Assembly (NCBI GenBank): GCA_951406725.2
Contig: OX597818.1
Span: forward strand, 101,990,001 to 102,054,000
Direction: 5' to 3'
DNA: 64,000 nt
DNA from: Octopus vulgaris
Lineage: Eukaryota
Below, in pieces: positions 54,565-64,000 of the stretch (positions are counted from its first letter, which is position 1; every line of letters starts with the position of its first letter). A program made the translations under genes and the position numbers. Below the pieces are notes generated by a model. That model did no database searches. It was not told the DNA's origin and was given only the letters and a program-made list of their open reading frames with translations.

Positions 54565-54628
54565 CTTCTTCTTCTTCTTCTTCTTCTTCTTCTTCTTCTT
54601 CTTCTTCTTCTTCTTCTTCTTCTTCTTC
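54565..54628. repeat. (TTC)n microsatellite
   Basis: Direct reading. Confidence 0.95.
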
Positions 54629-54719
54629 AGCTTCGATTGTTTCTTTTTGACTGATTGATGATAAAATAAAATATCAGTCATGTTCTGTGTGCAGTGATAT
54701 AGACTAACTTCTTCACTTT

Positions 54720-55620
54720 AGTATATGGTGAGCCGCTGTGAACTCCCTTTATATGACACGTCTTTAGTGATCTATTTGACGGAGCTGCCTTCCTGGATGA
54801 AGAAAAAACCAGGAATAGAAACCTGTCCTATGGAATGTCATCAGGTGTTCACTGCCTTCTACCAACCGGGCAATAAGGCCGGTGGAATTTCTATAGAAGC
54901 AACATGTAAAAATCCATGATGGGTAAGAGAAATGACGTTCTTAGGAAAACCCTAGGAACCGACTACGATGAACTAGCAGGTAAATATCTGGCCTGGCAAT
55001 GCCACTCCTGAGCACTGTTAGTTTGAGATAAACTATACAGGAACGGAAGGTCCATCTGAGATAGTCTCAGAGCGAAAAGGCCTTTCTCCACAAATTCGTG
55101 GATTGCCTGATATTGTGAGGCTTTGTGAAGTTAAGTTGAAGAGCTGTTATTAAAAACATATGGTCCAAATCCAGCTAGCACCCAAATCCATCGCCAGTGT
55201 GATTACACTATCCACATTTAACAAGACAGTGTAGGAGGTGTGACTCTGTTTAGTAGCTATGGCGAGAGAAATTGTGCAGGGGACGAGCTAGATGCCTTGA
55301 GACAAATTTCCATCATGTTTGGTCAAGCTCTTATCGACATTTCTTTTTAAAGAGATATGATAGTGGAGAGGGAAGTGCTAACGCCCGCTGAATTTGTGAG
55401 AAAATGGGTGGGTGTTGCCAAAATGGGTTCTGTGTATGTTCCTACATTAAGTATGCGCCTGTAGATTGAAGACCAGAGGAGAGAACTTGCACCATTGACG
55501 GTAGGATAATTCTGGATCTGTGGGGTTCTTTATTGGCCCTAGTTGGGGTTTCTCCTGTAATCGAAGGACTGCATCATTCGTGGTATCATATATTTTGTAG
55601 ACTATTTATCACAATATCAC
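54720..55620 (-). mobile_element. Possible very old CR1/Jockey-group LINE RT remnant
   Basis: Only scattered motif echoes on the minus strand (LDLD, LQLNFTK, LPIMDF). No YADD recovered. Confidence 0.3.
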
Positions 55621-55687
55621 CGTCTTTTCAACGAATTTCTGCCCATCCCTTTTTGTTGTATATCCATGCGATGTTCCCCTCATTTCT

Positions 55688-55742
55688 GTCATCATCATCA
55701 TCATCATCTTCATCGTCATCGTCATCATCATCATCACCATCA

Positions 55743-55782
<40 letters not shown>

Positions 55783-56025
55783 TAATTATTATAATAAAAG
55801 CAGAAGCAAATGTAGTAATTGCAGTAATAGTAACAACAACAGCAGCAAGAGCAGTAGTAGTAGTAGTAGTAGTAGTAGCAGCAGAAGTTGCAGCAGTAGC
55901 AGCAGCAGTAGTAGTAGTAGTAGTAATAGTAGTAGTAGTAGTAGTAGTAGCTGTAGCAGCAGTAGTAATAGTAGTAGCAGTTATGTTGTAGTAGTAGTTC
56001 CAGTAGCAGCAGCAGCAGCAGTAGC

Positions 56026-56078
<53 letters not shown>

Positions 56079-56098
56079 CAGCAGCAGCAGCAGTAGTA
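55688..56098. repeat. Compound (TCA)n/(TTA)n/(TAG,CAG)n trinucleotide block
   Basis: Direct reading. Confidence 0.9.
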
Positions 56099-56476
56099 TT
56101 CACCTTGTCATGTCTTAGCAGTGACACCAATAAGAGATCCAGGGTAATTGCTTTTTACCACGTAGAATGTAGGAGACGATTAATTTATACGAGAGACAGG
56201 GTGTATAAATATTAAAAGAAGAGGAATCTTATTTGTTCAGCTTGTCTTTTTCTTTCTCTCAAAATGATGATATTGATGATTCTGTTATTGTTAAGTTTAT
56301 AATTCGCCATTGTTTTAGATATTATCGATTTCCCAGTGTCTGTTGCTGCAGGGTAGGATTTGCATTTTGTTGTCATTTTTAATATTTGCACAATCATACA
56401 TTCATACATGCATACATACATACATATATATGCATACAAATATGTATATATATATATAAATACACACACAAACACG

Positions 56477-56565
<89 letters not shown>

Positions 56566-57339
56566 ATATATAAATATATGTATTAATATATATATACAGA
56601 CACACACACACACATATATATATACATACCTATGTCTGTATGTATGCGTCCTTGCCTGTGTGTGTATTCTATGTTTAAAGTTTTCTACTTTTACCAGTAG
56701 CTGGTAATATCATTTTGCATAAATTAATGGGGAAAAATATAAATAGAAGTTGTGGGTTGTATGCGACCGATACAAATATTATCATTGGGGTTGCTGATGA
56801 TAATAACAAGGCCGTTGAAAAGGAAGACAAGTATAATGGGTTTGTTGAGTAGTAGGGTGACCTGAAAGATGGTAATATTCACCATAAATTTAAGATAATA
56901 ACGATTTGGTTTCTATTAAGTATGAATAATTGCTACCAAGACATTGTTTAGTACACCCTGTCTCGTTTCCTGAGCTCCATTGTGGTAACTGATTCGAAGA
57001 AGAAATACTTTTGTTCGAATACATTTTTGATAACACAAGAAATTGGATTATGTAGGGTGCAATCGGACAGTAAGGTACTTATTGCAGAGGTACCGAATTA
57101 GTTAATCATTAGCCAGAAAAATAAGTGTGCTTTATTTAGATTAAGAAAGGTACATTTGCCGACTTTTGTGATACTTTGTCAGGCGCTAATTAATTAAATG
57201 TATAATAATGAGCAACGATTACGCTATAGTTGTATACATTGGATTCTTAACTTGTTCCTACCTACTCAAACCTGCAAATAATAACTGACTGCGAAAAGAA
57301 CTTATTGGTAATGATTTTGTCTGTGAAAATATCGGTGTT

Positions 57340-57543
57340 AAATTTTGGCACGAGGACAGTATCTTTGGGGAGGTACTAAATTGATTAAATCCACCTCTGT
57401 GCTCAACTGGTACTTATTTCATCGACCCTGAAAGTACGAAAGGCTAAGTCAACTTTGTGGGGATTTTGAATCAGAACACAAAGACAGTGGAAATACTTTT
57501 AAGCATCTTCCACGGCTGCTAAGCATTCTGCCATCTAGCCGCG
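57340..57543 (-). mobile_element. SINE family S3, degenerate
   Basis: caactggtacttatttcatcgaccctgaaag.acgaaagg...taagcat...ttctgcca. Confidence 0.65.
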
Positions 57544-57736
57544 TTTGTGTGTAAAAATATTCCGAACTATAAACGTATTGAAACAATAGTGTCTTTAACT
57601 GAACAGGAATACATAAACGCGTGCCTTATAGTCCGATAACGCCCGTTATAATCAAACACAATGTGTTGTGAGCGTGCATGAGGGAACTCACTGCAGTTAA
57701 GTCACTCACTGGGGTTAAAGGTGAAATAGAGTCTAC

Positions 57737-58310
<574 letters not shown>

Positions 58311-59235
58311 TTAAAGACTTATCAAGTTCATCTCCGCAAACATGTTTAAGAGAATTTTATGCCAATATCGGATCTTAATCTACTTTTAATTAGTTAATTC
58401 TAGATTTATGAAACTTACCACCCACTGGCAAAAATATAATTTCTTCTTTGCATATAAGAGAGGCAATTCTGAGTTGGTAATGAACGACTAAGTCAGTGAT
58501 TGTGACGAAGTGTAGCGATACCACTGACACGCATGTTTCTTCCCATCTAATGTTGTCTTTCTCATCCCAACACGTTCTGTTTCTATAATGGTATACAAGG
58601 AGGATGTTTTCTCGGAGTCACGAACCGTAACCAACATATACTTTCGAAAGTGTTTAATATAAACATAAATGGCTTCATGCTAATTATCGTCGTTTAAATT
58701 GCCTTGCAATAAAAATTCCGAGCACATGCCATTAATTTGAAATATATATTTGTTGTGTGAATATAAAGTCACCTGTTGAAAGTGAGTTATGAATGACGGT
58801 GTTTGTGACTCTTGAAGAGTAAACACGCAGAACGACATATCTTAGAGTTTGTAGAGTCTTTGATATACCAGCACAAGTTGGTTTCACGTGCATAAGCAAT
58901 AAAAAATATTCAGTATCCTAATGGAATCTCATGAGGTTATCTTTTTAATAAATAACAATCCCGATATAGTTATTTTGTAATTGTCATCTTACTGGAATAT
59001 GTTTTAAGCTTTTCATGCTCGGGATTCAAAGCATACGAACAATGACATTCTAAGAGAAGTGAAGCATCTCTCCAAAATACATATACAAATGTATGTATAT
59101 GTATAAGCGGTAATATATAGACATGTGTATACATATGTATGCATATCTATACACGCAAACACACACACGCACACACTCACGCACGCACACACACACATAC
59201 CTGCATTTATAAATCTGTATATTTATATGTGTGTA

Positions 59236-59410
59236 TTTCGTTTGCCGTTACGTTCTGGGTTAAAATTTCGCCGAGGTCGATTTTGCCTTTCATCCTTTCG
59301 GGGTCGATAAATTAATTACCAATTACGCAATGGGGGCGATGTAATCGGGTTAATCCGTTTGTCTGTCCTTGTTTGTCTCTTTTGTGTTTAGCCCCTTGTT
59401 GGTAGTAAAG

Positions 59411-59412
<2 letters not shown>
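59236..59412 (+). mobile_element. SINE family S3
   Basis: gccgaggtcgattttgcctttcatcctttcggggtcgataaatta...ttagccccttg..ggtagtaaag. Confidence 0.8.
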
Positions 59413-59450
<38 letters not shown>

Positions 59451-59519
59451 TCATACATATATATGCATAAATAAATAAATAACAGAAACTCCGCAAGGCA
59501 TGCGCACAGCAAGATGGAA

Positions 59520-59930
59520 CTTGAAAGGAAGATCTCCCATCCGATTAGTGTTTTAGCCCTTATACCTGACAGTCTACGGGAGCCGGGCCCACCCAGGTCA
59601 TGATTCTTACATGACTTTCTGCTACTTTCCAAAATCCCCTCTCCAGCAGGAATTTAATCTGAGTCGTTCTTTTGTGAAGTTGTGTTCCCAAGTCTGTGTG
59701 TCAGCTTATTAAGCCATTCTGACCGACAGAGGAACCGGTTCTTTTCTTTCTTATATTTAGCCAATGGAATCCATAACTAAATCTATTGGTAATTTCTCCT
59801 CACCTATGTCCACATTGAGCTATTTTCAGCAACGCCAGACAAGCGTTTGATTGAGGCAGTTTTTCTGCGGTTTTTGATACCCAACTGCTCCAGATGCTGT
59901 CACGATAATGCACCCACAAATCTTCGCAAA
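59520..59930 (-). mobile_element. Possible HERO/NeSL-like REL retrotransposon 3' end
   Basis: Minus strand reads RRFVGAL...LEQLGI...VAENSSMWT, resembling the 'EVGcRGF...L..LG...aE.aS.wlW' C-terminus. Confidence 0.4.
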
Positions 59931-59939
59931 ACAATTTCA

Positions 59940-60845
59940 CCTGGTTTCGCCGTACAATGGTAACCCATCAAGATGACTCAATATCTGGAGTCCGGCACCT
60001 ATCATAATCGCGTTCCCCATGTGATGATGGCTGACAGACGATTGAGTATAAATCAAATAGCCAATGCTATTAGCATGTCCCCTGAGAGAGTTGAGAATAT
60101 TATGCACAATGGATTCGGCATGATGTAGTTTCTGTGGAAAGGGTGCCACATCTTCTGACACCTGATCGAAAGTGTGCGAGGCTTATGACATCACGGAAAA
60201 ATCTGACATCAACGCAGATCCAAAAGACTTTTGAGAATGTTTCCTTACTCAAGTTGGCTTCATCACTCTCAGCCAGAGAATAGAAGGCTATCCCTGAAGT
60301 GGAAACTCTCAGCTATACCCGTTGCAAATTAGGTCAAGTTCATTTCATCTGCTAAGAAGGCGATGACCTCTGGTCAAGGGAACGTAAAAAACATTGTGTT
60401 TATTGACTATCTTCGCAGGGATCAAGCCCTCAGCGGAAAATATTATGCCGAATTACTCAGGCAGTTATGAAATGCTATCAAAACCAAATGCTCATTAGAA
60501 ATTGAAGAAATGGGATTTGTTTCATCAAGAGACAATATCTTGGTTTCCATGACTCTTGTGCATGATTGTGGCATTGATTTTATCGATCACCCTACTCCTT
60601 CTTATTATTTTGCCTTTTCTGACAATAATCTTTTACCCAATATGCGAAAAATTAAAATTGCTGGCAATTCATATCGCATAGATGACGTCTTTTTTTTTTC
60701 CAAATAGGATGAAAGCTTTTTCACCTATGGGATCCAAGCACTGAAACACCGATAGAAGAAGTGTGTGAACCGCAAGGAGTCTACGTGGAATAATAGAACT
60801 CATTTGTTAATATTCCATGCGAGTATTTTGTTCTGCCGATGGTTA
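59940..60845 (+). pseudogene. Decayed mariner transposase
   Basis: NRVPHVMMADRRLSINQIANAISMSPERVENIMHN, RVPHLLTPD (WVPhlL motif), IVFIDYL, GKYYAELLRQL, IDHP. Confidence 0.8.
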
Positions 60846-62009
60846 TATGTGTATATACGTGTATATATTTATATATATACATATGTGAGCGTTTGTGTGT
60901 ATGAATATATATGTTTGCATCCATAAAATCATCCACATACATAGTTACATGCACACAAATTTATTGCACTAACACGCGCAATCTCATTGTATTTCTATCT
61001 CTAGCGTTATCGTACTGAAAATAACTTCAAGAAAGTTCTTCGATTTAGTTGTTTTCCTGTTATTTTGACGGCAGAAATGCAAACAAGAAGTGTATGCTCT
61101 CCTTTAGTAGTGCAGTGTAAATATACATTCTAACAGAACTCTGTGTGCTTCTCTTAGCACAATAACGTGTTTAGGACGGATTTCACAAGAATAGAATTGA
61201 GCATGATTTTTATTGATGATTGCAAATAGCGGAAACACTCTTACACATGCACAACACATTCCAGGAAACAGAAAATGGTCTTCCTGACAAATGTCATTAA
61301 GCAACATCTATCACGAACGAATAAGATTTATTTATATTCTTTTATGTCATTTTTACATTACATGTTTGTATGAATTCACCGCGATTTAATCGAATGCATG
61401 ATTAAATTTTCTCCTTTGCGGTTAGCTAACAAGCTGAAATCTATTTAGCAAAATGAATGCCAAGACTGCATAGACAAACAATGCTTTAACAATAATTTGC
61501 AAGAATATTTTGTTGTGAATTTACAACCAGTTTATTACACATTAACCAGAAGAAATTGTGAAATGCATGCTAAATATAACTGCAATTAAGCAAATATGCA
61601 TGTATTACAATACAAAGAGAAAATATAAATAGTGAATAAAGGAGAGAATAGTTGAAGTAGAGTAACAGGGAAATTAATGTTGAAATAGAAATAAAGAAAA
61701 TAAGAAGGATGAAATTTGTCTTAAGAAGGAGAAAAAGCAGGCGGTGAAGAAGATATGATCTAAAAGACATGAAGGTATTTATTAGGAAAACAAGTATTCC
61801 GTGAATAAATCGCATAAGAAAATGTATGATACACTAAAAATAGGCCACCTATTAGAAAACCATTTGCCTCATTGAAAATTCAGTACATCCAAAGTAAACT
61901 GTCTACTGTGCACCAGAATGGGTTGAAATTTGATTGACAAAACGTTCTCTCGATATTAATAGAGACATGCATACATACATACCTACATGCGTATACACGC
62001 ACGCATGCT

Positions 62010-62071
<62 letters not shown>

Positions 62072-62269
62072 CTTTATTTAAAGCAGCAGAAAATTCAACA
62101 AAAGCTGTTACTCTGAGTTTCGCAAAAAACTGTCCGATGAACGACAACGCGAAACTCAGAGTAAAAGGTTTTGTTGAATTTTCTGCTGCTTTAAGTAAAG
62201 CATATTACTCTACCACTGGTATTTGAGTACTTTTTTTTCCTCCTTGTTTCACATTTATGTGTTTACTCC

Positions 62270-62272
<3 letters not shown>
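62072..62272 (+). mobile_element. Fold-back non-coding element in (TA)n with hammerhead motif
   Basis: 52-bp inverted repeat 62072-62123 / 62149-62200 (3 mismatches). HHR spans the loop and right arm. Confidence 0.8.
62130..62167 (+). ncRNA. Minimal type I hammerhead motif (U4C variant)
   Basis: CUGU|CCGAUGA|A-CG-ACAA-CG-C|GAA|ACUC-A-GAGU|A^AAAG. The inverted arm preserves ACAG here, the perfect stem I partner. Confidence 0.6.
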
Positions 62273-62359
<87 letters not shown>

Positions 62360-62360
<1 letters not shown>

Positions 62361-62525
62361 CACACAAACACTTTTTTTCTCTCCTTGTTTTTTCTGTGTC
62401 CCTTTCTGTAGAAGAGCGTAGGCTCGAAATTTAAAAGACTTTTTTCTATTCCTGAGCGTTATACTAATACATGTGTTTGTTTTGTACACCACCTGTCTTC
62501 GTCATTTGTTTTTTACGTAAACTCT

Positions 62526-62530
<5 letters not shown>
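62360..62530 (+). mobile_element. Non-coding element in (TA)n with a degenerate minimal HHR (62402-62437)
   Basis: CUUU|CUGUAGA|A|GAGC-GUAG-GCUC|GAAAUUUA^AAAG. Related to 6560-6780. Confidence 0.6.
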
Positions 62531-62602
<72 letters not shown>

Positions 62603-63544
62603 GCATGTATATATAGACAAATACAGGCACGCGGAATAACTTACGGGACAGATATTTAATTTATTGTAATTATCTCTACCGCTAGGTGGGTGTCAGAATT
62701 ACTAACATGTGATTTAGAACAAATCCTCTGGCCGAGGGGAGATAATCTCAAAATTGATTTCAGTTTAGGGGACCGAGATTCTTTATATTTTGCTTCCGAA
62801 ACATGATCCGTTGTTTTCATGTGGTCATTATAGACAAGACCTCAAAGAACATGTACATAATCACTCTGGACATGCGCGTTTCTTATTTGTTTCGGGGTGA
62901 TCTGTGCACGTATATTTCGAGGAAATTGAACAAAACTAAGAAAACAAATCGAAAATATGATTGAACATTACAAAGTGGAGAAATAAATATTTATAACAGT
63001 ACGCTATTATGATTCTTCGATAGAATATGCCTATAGTGTCGGATAATTCTGTGTTGATTTCCGTTCTAATACCTTATCTTAGAAACACTATTACGCCCCA
63101 CAAACGACTAGAAATTTCTCACAAATACCGATTTACGCTTGACGGAGAACGATGCACGAATAAATCTCAAATACATTGCCATAATTATATTTCTGGTGGC
63201 CTTGAAACAGCCTTGCATGTTTCTGAAAAGTGAATTGAAGCGGAATTGGTTTGGAGACATAAATTTCAGTAAAATGAATTCCTCAACATTATATGTACCA
63301 TTGGAAGATAGCTTTTACTGATTGAAAAGGACGGTAGGAAGATTCGGTGCTACAACTATGCAAAAAGTAAGCATCTTAAAACTGCATTTCCTTAGGAAGA
63401 AATGGTAATCTTAAATGAAGGCTTCCACTAATATAAGTACTCTCAACAGAAATATCGGCGGCAAATACAATACTGCAGGGAACCACAATAATAGTAATTG
63501 TTGCACCAGCTACTGGGCTGGAAGCCAATGATAACCACACCAAC

Positions 63545-63640
63545 AACAACATGGTTCTGGGTTCAGTCCCACTGCGTGACACCTTCGGCAAGTGCCGTCT
63601 ACTAAAGCCTCGGGGCGACCAAAGCCTTATGATTATTCAT
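63545..63640 (+). mobile_element. SINE family S2 head fragment
   Basis: catggttctgggttcagtcccactgcgtgacacc..ggcaagtg...gcctcggggcgaccaaagcctt. Confidence 0.7.
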
Positions 63641-63985
63641 TCGGTAATTTCTCTTTCTTTTGTGTGACTTGTGCCGTATCTTTTTTATTGACATTCCTAA
63701 GTATTTGTATATCTGAGTTCGGTCTAATTGTCTTATTTCATTTTTTTTTTATCTAGTATGATAGTATTACTCTTAACTAGTTTTCTTCTACTGACGGTTG
63801 CTTTGTCATATTTTCTGATCCGAATTTCATTTTTATTTCTTTGTTTCGTGTTTATTTCCATACTCTGTTTATTTTTTGCAGCATACACCTTTAGATCATC
63901 CATATACAACAGATGAATGATTGTCCTACCACAAGAGTTGTATCCACGACCAGTTGTGCTCAGCACGTCAGTCAAAGGTACAAAG
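63640..63985 (-). mobile_element. R4/Dong-type RT fragment
   Basis: IIHLLYMDDLKVYA and a downstream YKYLG. Confidence 0.75.
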
Positions 63986-64000
63986 AAATTGAAGAAAACG

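Noticed and set aside
56193-56964. 13-bp inverted repeat GAGACAGGGTGTA / TACACCCTGTCTC and faint RTE endonuclease-like peptides
   Set aside because: No TSD, short match, and peptides too degenerate to call.

Overview
AT-rich, repeat-saturated animal genomic DNA. The SINE families, microsatellite load and transposon types are consistent with an octopus/coleoid cephalopod intron or intergenic region (inference). No intact host gene is supportable; only a weak two-exon candidate lies near 32 kb. Contents: (i) about ten fragments of restriction-like-endonuclease (R4/Dong-type) non-LTR retrotransposons, all on the minus strand and mostly abutting (TTA)n tracts, with one near-full-length copy at 8.1-12 kb; (ii) an ORF1-only L1/Tx1-like element; (iii) a decayed Penelope-like (PLE) RT/GIY-YIG ORF; (iv) mariner/Tc1, hAT-MITE, RTE, HERO/NeSL-like and CR1-like remnants; (v) three abundant SINE families. 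The most notable signal is a set of seven short non-coding elements in or beside (TA)n microsatellites, each carrying a type I hammerhead ribozyme (HHR) motif, most with a self-complementary stem III. They include a young 479-nt retrozyme-like partial tandem (40561-41205) and several fold-back (inverted pLTR-like) copies. All folds and alignments were read by eye; boundaries of degenerate repeats are approximate.
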